Shown piece by piece: positions 27,797-38,800 of a DNA stretch of 64,000 bases. A model generated the notes under the pieces. That model searched no databases. It was not told where the DNA came from and was given only the letters and a program-made list of their open reading frames with translations. Made by a program: the position numbers and the translations under genes. The stretch lies in assembly GCA_002269645.1 (NCBI GenBank), contig NIVC01001016.1, positions 62,001-126,000 of the forward strand, in the 5' to 3' direction. The DNA comes from Macrostomum lignano. Taxonomy: Eukaryota. Position 1 is the first letter of the stretch. Each line of letters opens with the position of its first letter.

Positions 27797-29152
27797 TTAA
27801 AAAAGCATAACAATAAAACTAGCTGCTACAATCAGAGAGCAGCCAAGAACAAAGAAGGTCATCATCAGAACAGTTTGATTTGACTGACTTTGTTCGCCAC
27901 CGAATTTAGACAACATGCAAGGCACGGCATGCAGAAAGATGGTGAATAGAAAAGCTCCCGCATTCAAGGACAAAACAGATGCCCTTATCAACAAAAGAAA
28001 GTCTGGCCACCGTTTGGATGGAGCGATTCCCGACATCGCCAGCCCAACCGCGAGGCCCAACGGTTCAGCCATGGATAAGGCTAATGCTCCGGAAACTACC
28101 GCTGTTTTTCCAGAACAGCAGGAACGCGATGCCTCCACGGTGACGGTGCAGTAAGTGGTCACAAGCAGCAGTCCAGCGCTTGCAGCGATGACCGCCTCGT
28201 GCATCGGCAGCAATAGCAAATGGCCGCCGAGCTTGGCGGGGGAAACTTCCCAACTGGAACCGAGGCGCCAGCCCGAGAGAGCGGCATGAACGCACAGGCT
28301 GAAGCAGAGGGCGTTGGTCAGGAAGTTGTGACGGTGGACAGCTGTGCGATTCCTTCGAATAGTTCTCTGTACAAGTTGACCTCGATTTCCATGGCCCTCT
28401 GGAACGGCTGAATTCGCTGGCGCCACGTCGGCACCTTGCTGCTGATTTAACTGGACCTCGTCAAGAAGCTCTTCCAAATCGGAATTGGAACTTCTACTGT
28501 CGCTGTTGTTGGTGCCGTACTGCCCGACTCCTTGAAAGCTGGCGGTTGGTGAGGTCGTCCCTGGCGGATGTACATCCTGCTGGCCGCTTTCTGCACAGTC
28601 ACCACCAGCATTGTCGGCTGAGACTGCAGCTTCCGCAGCTGCTGTCACAATCGGCCGCCGCTCCACCTCGGACCCATCAGCGACCCAGTCGTCGTCGCGG
28701 AGAAGGTGACTCCGACTGCTGGCGGAAATCCCCGAGCCGCTGGAGCCCAGGTTGAACGCGGCCAGAGCTTCGCTGCCAAGCTCCGGCTCCGGCTCCAGAG
28801 TACCGCCCCGCAGCGCCAGCTGGTCGAAGCTGAACAGCGCAAAGAATCCGCACAGCAGCAGGAAGCTCGAGACGGAGAAGTCGCCCAGCACCACCTGCAG
28901 ATGAGTTTTTCTCTGTCGCAGAGCTTCCTCAAATTCGGCACTGCCAGCCGCAAACAGTTCGAGCAGGCTGGCTGAGCAGAGAGCGCCAGCCGACATGCCG
29001 CAGGCGGCGACAAGCAGCGGACGTCGCAGCTGGAACTGCCGGTCGCTGAACCAGCGAATTGGTAGAAAGTAGGCAGCGAGAAGTTGAACAGCAGCGGATG
29101 CTGGAATGAGGAGCAGCTTCAGCCCCAGCTGCTGCCCGAAAAGCGTCATCAA
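27797..29152 (-). CDS. ZIP (SLC39) metal-transporter-like membrane protein, intronless, ~450 aa
   Basis: About 8 hydrophobic segments arranged 3+5 around a long cytoplasmic loop. TM1-2 GMSAGALCSASLLELF, TM4 LCVHAALSGWRLG, TM5 MHEAVIA, TM6 SMAEPLGLAVG, TM7 AGAFLFTIFLH. Confidence 0.75.
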   Translation of the reverse strand: MMTLFGQQLGLKLLLIPASAAVQLLAAYFLPIRWFSDRQFQLRRPLLVAACGMSAGALCSASLLELFAAGSAEFEEALRQRKTHLQVVLGDFSVSSFLLLCGFFALFSFDQLALRGGTLEPEPELGSEALAAFNLGSSGSGISASSRSHLLRDDDWVADGSEVERRPIVTAAAEAAVSADNAGGDCAESGQQDVHPPGTTSPTASFQGVGQYGTNNSDSRSSNSDLEELLDEVQLNQQQGADVAPANSAVPEGHGNRGQLVQRTIRRNRTAVHRHNFLTNALCFSLCVHAALSGWRLGSSWEVSPAKLGGHLLLLPMHEAVIAASAGLLLVTTYCTVTVEASRSCCSGKTAVVSGALALSMAEPLGLAVGLAMSGIAPSKRWPDFLLLIRASVLSLNAGAFLFTIFLHAVPCMLSKFGGEQSQSNQTVLMMTFFVLGCSLIVAASFIVMLF

Positions 29153-29604
29153 TCTACTGGGGCTGCGCAGATGGCCGAGTGCTCAAAATAGTCGATATTG
29201 TTCTGCTGTTGAAGCCATTTTCTGGTCTCAAATTTTTATAAGCCTTTGCAGCCGGATGAGGGAGACGATAATTACTAAAGCCGGATGTGACTGCATGCTG
29301 GAAAAATTTTAAGAGACCAATTATTTAAATGCTCCTCCCATTTGCATGTAGATAATGTTTGCAGTCATTTTGAAGGCTCTGCATGATGAAGCAGAGAAAT
29401 GGGACAGCATGGTCGCGATCCACAATAGTTATACTGCAGTGATGGTTATACGAATACATTGCCAATATATTGATACAGCACTTATTTCGGCGTTTGGTAC
29501 ACGTTTGCTCGTAAAGTGAAAGCTTGCGGGGCTCATAACCGAGAGTCCGTGGAGAGTCATTTTGCTAAGACTGTTTTAGGGTAGTGTCATTAGACTGCAA
29601 GTGA

Positions 29605-29790
29605 CATTCTCCTGTCAGTGACATTTGCCTGTCAGTGACATTTGCCTGTCAGTGACATTTGCCTGTCAGTGACATTTGCCTGCCAGTGACATTTGCCTGT
29701 CAGTGACATTTGCCTGTCAGTGACATTTGCCTGTCAGTGACATTTGCCTGTCAGTGACATTTGACTGTCAGTGACATTTGACTGTTTTTT
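29605..29790. repeat. 17-bp minisatellite (GTCAGTGACATTTGCCT)
   Basis: About 10 visible copies. Confidence 0.92.
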
Positions 29791-30054
29791 GACTATTAAA
29801 AAGATCTGACTGCTGCCTGCAATTGACTTTCCAGTGAAATTCGACTATACCGATATGTTTTGCCTATAGTCTGGACACAGTTCATGGTGGAACGCTTAGG
29901 ACAAAACAAGAGCTGAGGCAATATCGGATACTCGTACTTCACCATAAACTTCACGATTGCAAGCTCTGACTGTGGAGCGTTTCGAGGCGGTTCGAGGCGG
30001 TACTCACAAGTTTGTCAAATTTGTCGAGAAAATGTCTGAAAAATGACAGTCATA

Positions 30055-30279
30055 CGCACAGGCACACGCTCACACACACGAGTGCACAGCGGCCCTAACT
30101 GTATTTATCGTTAGGCATGTACACTTCACTGTGCCTTGGGGGTTGGCCCTCAATGGCGTTAATTGCACGAGCAGAGCCAAGCCAAGATTCCAATTCAGCC
30201 CCAAATTAATGTGACTGCACTTGGAATCGAGCCTGGGCCGCCGGCATATCAGAGCGCCTCTCGCTAAACCACTAGGCTA
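30055..30279 (-). mobile_element. tRNA-derived SINE, family A
   Basis: Head TAGCCTAGTGGTTTAG (A-box) and GGCTCGATTCC (B-box-like). Body is near-identical to the opposite-strand copy at 44567-44815. Confidence 0.75.
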
Positions 30280-30377
30280 GAATACATATATTAGGTTAGA
30301 ATAGAACATGATAACAATGCAAGGCCGTAGCTCGTAAAATGATCGAGGTAAAACTACTACTAACAGTAGTGAAAAGG

Positions 30378-31090
30378 CCTGGTGGTCAACACGCAGAAGA
30401 CCGTTGTGCTCTGCGTGCCGGACGACATCGAGGCTGCAATATTTTGCCGAGGCGCTGACGGGCAGGCGACCGAACTCCCGCGATGTCAGCAGTTCGTCTA
30501 CCTCGGCGGTCTGGTTCCAGACGCTCGCGAGGACCTGCGACGCCGCCGCGGGCTTGCCTGGGCTGCCTTTCGTTCTGTGAGGGCAGTCCTGCAGTCCGAG
30601 GCCCTACCGGACCGCCAGAGGGCGGCGCTGTTCCAGGCGGTAATCGAGACCGTCCTGCTGTACAACGCCGAGACCTGGACGCTGACGGACTCACTCGAAC
30701 AGCAAGTCGATGCGGCGCACGCTGGTCTGCTGCGCGCCGCCTTCAACATCGGCGTCGAGCGAGTCACCAACGCGGCACTCTATCGCCGCGCTGGCCTGCC
30801 ACGTCCAAGTGATCTACTGCGCCGTCGGCGACTCCAGCTCGCAGGCCATCTCATCCGCGCCGAGTCGTACTGCCCACAGCCGGTGCAGGAGGTGCTGCTG
30901 CTCACGCTGCAGGCACCCTACCGGCGAGGTCAAGCGCGAACTCGGCGTTATGTCGACTGTCTGCTGGCTGACGCCGGCGCCCCGGACACTGCCGGTGGCG
31001 CGGCCTTTGTTCGCGCCCAAGCCATGAAGCGCGCCCTGTGACGCTGACTTTTACCATCATGACAGCGTATTTTGTTGTTGTTGTTGTTGT
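30378..31090 (+). mobile_element. 5'-truncated non-LTR retrotransposon (RTE-like), 3' end of ORF2 plus (TTG)n tail
   Basis: ORF 30382-31041 shows post-RT motifs GL.VN.QKT, F.YLG, RRRRGLAWAAF, LF.A..E.VLLYNAETWTL and RRRRLQLAGHL.R. It is followed by a short-repeat tail; AAAAG on both sides is a possible TSD. Confidence 0.82.
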
Positions 31091-31177
31091 AAAAGCAAAT
31101 CTGCGTTTAATTATCACTTAAACTATGCCCTACAGCACTGCCTCCAAACGGTGTTAACGATCCGTTAGTTGTTGTTT

Positions 31178-33519
31178 TCATAGCCGCAGCAGCATCTCCA
31201 GCTGTTTGAAGCTGTAGAAAAATCCGTCAGAAATGTTTCTGGGAGCGTTGGACAGCCAGCTGACGCCGGTGGCTCTGTTGGGAATGTCCAGCGCAGCGGG
31301 ATAATTGTAGTACCGTCCGAATGGGCCAGCGCAATGGCAGCAGGTGTGCCAGTGTGGCAGAAAACTGGTGGCGCACCTGTTGTCGAAGGCGAGTCCACAT
31401 CGACTGGTTCCTCGATCTCTGGTCATTAATGGCGTGTTGGTTGGCGCCAAGCAGGAGGCTACAGCTGTGCTCTCGGAGTTCAGCGCCAAAACCTGGATAG
31501 TATACCTTGTTGACTCGTCAAGTATGCGAAAGTCTTTGTACCTGGCGTAGATGTAGACGTCGTTCCAATAGAGCAGGTCGATTCTCATCAGGCTATTAGT
31601 GAGGTTTCTAGTGGTACGATGCAGCCATTCCATGCCTGGGGTGCGGTCACCAGTGTATGGGTGTGATCAGTGTGGGTGTGGTCAGTGTGGGTGTGGTCAG
31701 TGTGGGTGTGGTCAGTGTGGGTGTGATCAGTGCAAGTTGATCAGTGCGAGTTGATCAGTGTGGGTGGGTGTGATCAGTGTGGGTGTGATCAGTGTGAGTG
31801 GGTGTGATCAGTGTGGGTGTGGTCAGTGTGGGTGTGAAGTGTGATCAGTGCAAGTTGATCAGTACGAGTTGATCAGTGTGGGTGGGTGTGATCAGTGTGG
31901 GTGTGATCAGTGTGGGTGTGACCAGTGCAGGTGTGATAAGTGTGAGTGTGATCAGTGTGAGTGTGATCAGTGTGGGTGTGATCAGTGTGGGTGTGACCAG
32001 TGCAGGTGTGATCAGTGTGAGTGTGATCAGTGTGGGTGTGATCAGAGTGATAGGTGTGATCAGAGTGATAGGTGTGATCAGTGTGGGTGTGTTCAGTGTG
32101 GGTGGGATTAGTGTGGGTGTGATCAGTGTGGGTGTGATCAGTGTGAGTGTGATCAGTGCTCACCAACAAAATAATCGGCATGGTAGGCCCCAAAACCGGT
32201 TTTGAAGTCGGCCCAGAGACGATTAAAGCTGATAGCGCTGGAGACTCTCAAGGTGACCGTTTCGTAGCACTGCCCGCCAGTTGTGCAGTAAAAGTCCTGA
32301 AGTAAAAGAAATTGAGAGCAATTTTTTAATGAGTAGTCATGCTGGCGCCCCTTGGTGCTGGCGCCCCTTGGTGCTGGCGCCCCTTGGTGCTGGCGCCCCG
32401 TGGTGCTGGCGCCCCTTAGTGCTGGTGCCCCTTGGTGCTGGCGCCACTTGGTGCTGGCGCCCTTTGGTGCTGGCGCCCATTGGTGCTGGCGCCCCTTGGT
32501 GCTGGTGCCCCTTGGTGCTGGCGCCCCTTGGTGTTGGCGCCCCTTGGTGTTGGCGCCCCTTGGTGCTGGTGCCCCTTGGTGCTGGCGCCACTTGGTGCTG
32601 GCGCCCTTTGGTGCTGGCGCCCATTGGTGCTGGCGCCCCTTGGTGCTGGTGCCCCTTGGTGCTGGCGCCCCTTGGTGTTGGCGCCCCTTGGTGCTGGCGC
32701 CCCTTGGTGCTGGCGCCCCTTGGTGTTGGCGCCCCTTGGTGTTGGCGCCCCTTGGTGCTGGCGCCCCTTGGTGTTGGCGCCCCTTGGTGCTGGCGCCCCT
32801 TGGTGCTGGCGCCCCTTGGTGTTGGCGCCCCTTGGTGCTGGCGCCCCTTGGTGCTGGAGTCCTTAAGATGCACAACTCAATAAAAATGATGGCTAAGCCC
32901 CCTGGTTTGCACCACCACGAATGACTCAATCAAATAACGTCATGATCTTATGGTGCTCAAAGAGCATCGAGTACCTGAGATTTCCAACTCGATCACAAAT
33001 CTACAAACTCACAAAAGTGTTCTCAGCCGAGAAATTAGCTGTCGGCCGTTGATATCATCGGCACAGCGGGGCGTCGGTGAGCAGGGAGCAGCCGGTTGAG
33101 TTGAGCACAACTTCGCTGCACCGCGGATGCCATGAGCAGAGGCACAGGCAGCCAGCCAGAGTTGGAGTGCCCGGCACCTCCAGCAGCCAGGCCTTGAAGA
33201 TCTTCGCCGAATTATCCGGAATGTACAGTCGCTTGTGAGTGACATTTTGAGTGGATAGAACGTCTGAAAAATTGATGTACTTGTGTTGTCATGCCGGAAC
33301 ACATAATTTAGAGACAACTTGGTTGAGATTCACGTCGAGCATATTATTACGAGTCGTATTAGTACGCGTATCACAGAAAGGTCACAGAACCATCAATCAA
33401 TCAACCAGCCCGTAAAGCGATCCAAAGTTTTTGACGTCCAACAACAACGTCGCTAGAAAACGGGTACCTGTTAAAATGCAGCAACACTTAGCTGAAATAT
33501 TACGCCAAGTTAAGCGCAT
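31178..33519 (-). CDS. Secreted PAN/apple-like + fibrinogen-related domain (FReD) gene; exons 33519-33468, 33263-33013, 32296-32164, 31635-31178; in-frame TGA at 33057-33055 (possible pseudogene or nonsense allele)
   Basis: FReD motifs SFNRLWADFKTGFG, DYFVG|MEWLHR.T, MRIDL..W, YARYKDFRI.DESTRY, TRDR, W...CHC and W..K..EM.LR. Exon 2 has PAN-like Cys spacing. Introns are GT-AG in phases 1,0,1. Exon 1 is the least certain. Confidence 0.72.
31645..32160. repeat. 15-bp intronic minisatellite (GATCAGTGTGGGTGT)
   Basis: Visible array in the last FReD intron. Confidence 0.92.
32340..32855. repeat. 16-bp intronic minisatellite (GGCGCCCCTTGGTGCT)
   Basis: Visible array in FReD intron 2. Confidence 0.94.
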
Positions 33520-34539
33520 CAGTGGGGCGTCCGATTGTTGATCTCTTTAAGAGCTTCAGTTCATAAACGAATGACGTCATTTCACGGGTTTCAGAACTAG
33601 AGGCCTGTCAAATGTATGCATTATCCAGGTTGGAGCTCGCAGTTCCGATTGTACTAAATCAGGAATCATAAAACTCGATCTGTCCCTCTCCCCAGTGAAA
33701 AAAATGATATGGATTCCATGTGGATTTTTCATATGAAATCCATATGTGCATTTGTCTCCGTCCATCCATGTGGAATCAAGATATGGATTCCACATGGAAG
33801 ATCCATATGGAAGTAATTATGTATTTCACATAGAATCCACATTGTCATTGAGTAAGCAGCCATTATACTGGTTGCCATAATAAATTGTTGCATCCTAAAT
33901 CTCAAAATAATACCAGATCTCAAAATTTCATACAAACCCCAGATCTCAATACCATATAAAAGAAACTGAAACACAGATAAAACAATAGCTATAGCCAAAA
34001 ATATTTCTGCACAAAAATTCAAAATTCAATATTCAAAAACGATGTAAGGTGTATTTATGTACAGTAGTGAGTCACTGGCACACAAAGAATAAACACACTG
34101 ATGTAAATATTGATATCTTTAGAGTTGCACTGTGCATATGATATAATATATAATTTGAAATTGACATTGTCAATAGCATTAATTAATTAACAATATTATA
34201 ATGCATCAGAATTAGAACAGTCAGAAACATGCTGCTGCCAATTGCCAGAATGCTGCTTCTTCAGGTCAGGTGAGCAACCTTAGAAAAGAAAGGGGTTAAA
34301 TTACAGAATTTTATAACAGATTGATGACAGATTTTGTAATAGATTTTGATGACAGAAAAAAATCAGTTTATAACTAAAACTTACCATTGCTTCACAAAAG
34401 GTAGCATTCGAGATATTAAATTCAAATTCCAAGTAGCTTTGCAAGCTTCTTCAAATGCAAGACCAAGGTGACATCCAAGTTTGAGGATGGGCCATGTAAT
34501 GTTAGGCTGAAATGAAATAGAAAAATAATTGTTGCCAAT

Positions 34540-35460
34540 ACTACTAAGCAACGGCAGATGGCGCGATTTTGGAGGTGAGGTGGGTGTCAACCCTCCTCGC
34601 CTCTCATTGGCTGGCGCCCCGATCACTAGGTGATCGATACCCGTATCGATATCGGCGCTCGGCGCGCGCGCGCCGCAGGCGCGTGGCGCCAAGCGCCGTC
34701 CAGCCGCAGGCGACCCTCCCCAGCCACCGGCGACCCTCCCCAGCCGCACCTACCGATATGTATGCCCACCCTACCGATATGTACCCCGATATGTACACCC
34801 TCCCGAGCCGCAGGCGCACCCTCCCGAGCCGTAGGCGCCCATGCCGCAGACGCCCATGCCGCAGACGCCCATGCCGCAGGCACCCCGAGTGTACACTCTA
34901 CCGAGCCGCAGGCACCCCGAGTGTACACTCTACCGAGCCGCAGGCACCCCGAGTGTACACTCTACCGATATGTACACTCTACCACTCTCCCGATATGTAG
35001 TCAACGATATTAGGCTAGTGAAAACTACTTATAGTAGGTGAAATTGAGTATATTTACATAAAAATGTAGATAAAACATATTGGTAGGTGAATAATGACGC
35101 ATATTGCATATTAAAATGTACATATTGGAGCATATGAGCAGCAAAAACACACAATGTAGGTGTATGGGCAGAAATAGACAAAGCAGGTACTGTAGGCGCT
35201 ACATAGGTGGAAATACACACAGCAGGTTTACAAAGTGTACTTTCGATACATATCGGATTAATGTATAAAGCAGGTTTACAAGGCATGCATAAGGTGTAGT
35301 TGTATAATACAGGCACGCATGTATAATCAGATTATAGGCAAACGCCCAGGTGCAACAGACGCGTAAATAATGTCGCACCGACTAAAGAGTAAATATTGTC
35401 TAACCCGCAGGTGCATAAAAATTTTAAACAAAAGCGGTTCGGGGAAATCCCAAAAGGGGG
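34540..35460 (+). repeat. Left terminal inverted repeat (~920 bp)
   Basis: Reverse complement of 43090-44028. The two differ in internal VNTR copy number and a few substitutions near the inner edge. Confidence 0.93.
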
Positions 35461-35817
35461 GTTCACGGCCTAATGACCCGATATACTTTCAACACAATTA
35501 AACCCACAAGTGGGCTAGAAAAATGGACGTATTTCGATTGCGCTATCAGTACGCTAATCAGCGCAGCAAGTTCATGTCAGGAGTTCTACTCCAAGAGGCG
35601 GACCGCTGGGCCACAAACCGCCCCGAGGGAATAGGTGTCAAATGGGAGTTTTAACACTTGAGGGGATCCCGCTCAATGTACAGTGGAGGCGCCAAATGAG
35701 TAAGGACCCCTAAGTACAGTGCGGGCGTAAAACCATTTTCATCCCCACGAGTCAAGGGATCCCAAGTGGGCACATAGGGGAATCCCAGGCGTGCAAAGAC
35801 AGATCCTTATCTTTCAC

Positions 35818-38800
35818 TCACTCCCGAAAGCCATACGGGCGGCTAGCGGCCCCATACACTCTCTTAGTCATTACGCGCTGGAAAGTCTTGTCCATCTCGA
35901 GGGTCCTTATTGTACAGCTGGCCTTATCGCGCCTGAACTGGGCCTGGGGCAGGCGGACAGAGCCCCCGTGGCGCAGAATTTCCTGCAGCTCGTCCTCGCG
36001 CTCGGAAATCTCGGGGGTGACTCTGATGCCCTTGCACTTGAGCACCGAGTACAGCGACCTGTCGGGCTTCTCCACCACGTACCGGTAGAGCTTGGGGCCT
36101 CCCGTGGTGAACTGTACCATGCGGCAGCCAGCAGGTACCTCGTCAGTCCACTGCCCCAAACTCGAACCGCCCGGAGGCTCGTACTCGCCCGGTGAGCAGC
36201 GGTATACAACCCTGGGAGGAGGAGGAGAATAAAGTGTTAAGGGGAGAAAGAGAGACAGAGACAGTTGAAAAAATTACTCACGAATCAGTATCGGCGTAAA
36301 TGACTCGGGTTCCTAGGCCCTCCAGAGCCTCGTAGAGTCGCAGCCGGGCGTGGGAGGTGGTGAAAACGCCAATAGGCACATTAGCGTACTTGAACGCCCG
36401 CTCGCCAGCACCGCCAAATCGGGGCTTGTACTCGAGCATCATGAAGCTCTCCCCAATTGGCTCGCACGACTTGACCTTGATCGAGGGGTCGGTCAGGCGC
36501 TGCAGCCACGCCTCGTAGCTGTCCACAATCTCTGTGGAGGTCAGGTCGTCGCGCTGGCAGAACTTGCCCCAGAGCCTGCAGGGGAAAAATAAATTTTTGT
36601 ATATCTGGCTACTGTAAGTAGAAAAACATGGTCCCCACTGCAAGTAGAAAAACTTACGAGTTTAGAAAAATCTTGGCAACAAAGCGCAAGCCAGGATTCT
36701 CCTCCACCTTTTCCAGCCGGACGCCTTCGCGCTCAAAAAAGCTGGCCATGTAGGCAGCCTTGGCGTCCTCAGCCATCCCCGGCGAACCGCTAGACTCTGC
36801 TTTGAGCTTCAAAAAAGTGTTTACATAATCTGCAAACAGGCCCGTGCGAGTCTCGGTCCAATAGGCCAGGGCATGAACTGACTGCAGCTTGTAACCCAAC
36901 TGCAGGGCCTTGTGGAGCTCTGGGGTCGACCACGTGCCGCGGAGCATTCTCTCAGCGTCAGTGTGTGTACACTCGCTGCTGCACTGGGTCTCCATGCAGA
37001 CGCGGCAGAGGCCGAAAACCAGCTTCTTGTTAATCTTGGCGGGCAGTAGCGGGGTGTGGAGATTGGTTGGCGGTAGAATCGACACCTCGGCGATGCCAAA
37101 ATACCGGGCCAGCTGCAGCTCATCCAGTAGATGAGGCTCGGGGTGGTGTACCGGGTGCCCGACAGGGTACTTGTCAAACTTGTTGACAGTCGGGTAGAGC
37201 GACACCTAGGGGATAAGGATAAGATAAACTCAAACGCATGTCAACTGTGTGTGTACAAGTGTACAAACTTACCACATCCCGATAGCGCAGCTCTACAGTC
37301 TCGGTGGCCTCGGCGTGCGGGACAAAAGCCTCGGTACGGCCGCCAAACAGGGCATCCTCCAGGCGAATAGGCTGCTGGACTGGCGCTCCCTCGTCCTGAT
37401 AGTCGTGCTCCCACAGAACACGCACATTGTATGCAGTGGAGAGCAACCGGGTGAAGCGCTCAGTCTCCTCATAAATCGCCCGCATTGGCTGGTTCTTGAG
37501 CGGGTGCAGCACGTCGCCGTTGGGGAAGCACTTGGGACAGCCATGGAAGAAGCAGCCATGAAACTGCAGCACTGTCCTGGTCTCTGGGTCGAAGCCGTCG
37601 ACCTTACGACCCATGGCGAAAGCCTCACCGCCCGAGTCCGCTGTCCGCAACCGGCCGCCAAACTCGGTTGCATTCAAATGTGCCAGCCAGCACCGCGCCT
37701 TGTGCGACTGTACATCGGACCGGCGGGAAATCACCCCAAGAGTGTTGGGCTCCATAAACTTGGTGGTGAATACCGACATGGCCAAGCCCGCAATGGTGTT
37801 GGATTGAACAAATGCGTCCAGTCCGCAAATGTCCTTAATCAGGCGGGCATATTTCAGGCAGCCTTCCCGCAAAATTAACGTGTCCTGCAGGCAATAGTCC
37901 AGGTACTCCTTATTAAAATTAAACACCTGTCCCTCCTGCTTGGCCAGCCAGTCTGCGATGGAGTCATGCTGCTTATTCTTCTTTCCTCCATACATATCAA
38001 TTGAGCAGTAGGGACCGACGTACCCCCAATTTTGAGGCTGGTTAAACACGTGCGGGAAATCTCCTTTGGTCAGTTGGGTGCCCAAACCAAGCGCCTTTGG
38101 GAATTGCGCCAGACCAATAGGGATGAAATTGAGGCTGTCCTTGAAGGTGATCTTGTCGCACTTCATGTACATTAGGCGGCTGTTCTGGAAGATCACCTGC
38201 GGCTTCTTCTTGGCCAGTCCGTTGAGTAGGGCGCCGAGCAGGAGGAATGCGTCATACGCAGAGCCATTGTGCGCAATAGCAATTGCCCCCTGCTTGAACA
38301 CACTAGTCAGCCAGCAGTAAAATGCATCGATAGAGTGCGGCCCGACAGATACAAACTCTCGCATCCCACAGGCACAGTCATTGTGCGAGACACAGCTCGT
38401 GAAATCCAGTGCCAAATCGCGTCCCGCAATGCAATTGGCTGAGCTGTGTAGTCCCCCGCACACGCTGCAGCGGGGCCTGGGGAAGAGTTTGGGACACGCC
38501 TCGCAGGAGGTGGCAGCCGTAACCAAGTGTACCCGGTGCTGCTTGCCAGAGTCCACGTACGTCTCGAAATCATAGTAAACATACGGGGCGCTAGACTCTT
38601 TGGCTTTGGGCGGGGTGACAAAGCACTCGTGGGTGGCAGTTTCGTCGTACTGCTTGCAGACTGGGCACTTGGCATAACCACACTGATGCTCAGGGGGCTG
38701 GCCTACTTTTAGTTCTTCTAGATAGCCACACGTGCCGCAAACGTGGACCGAATCACAGCGCGATCTGCCGCCTTATTCTTGCGCTTGTGATTTTCTAGGC

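Noticed and set aside
30200-30279. tRNA genes at SINE heads (also 44567-44640 and 52460-52535)
   Set aside because: A/B-box-like motifs are present but there is no complete cloverleaf, and they continue into repeated SINE bodies.
32340-32855. Shared GGCGCC core between this intronic repeat and the LTR-internal minisatellite
   Set aside because: Similarity is limited to about 8 bp in GC-rich units, and unit lengths and remaining bases differ.
35029-35316. 95-aa ORF duplicated in both TIRs (also 43232-43519)
   Set aside because: Identity is explained by the TIR itself. There is no recognisable motif and it starts at a non-ATG codon, so coding status is unsupported.
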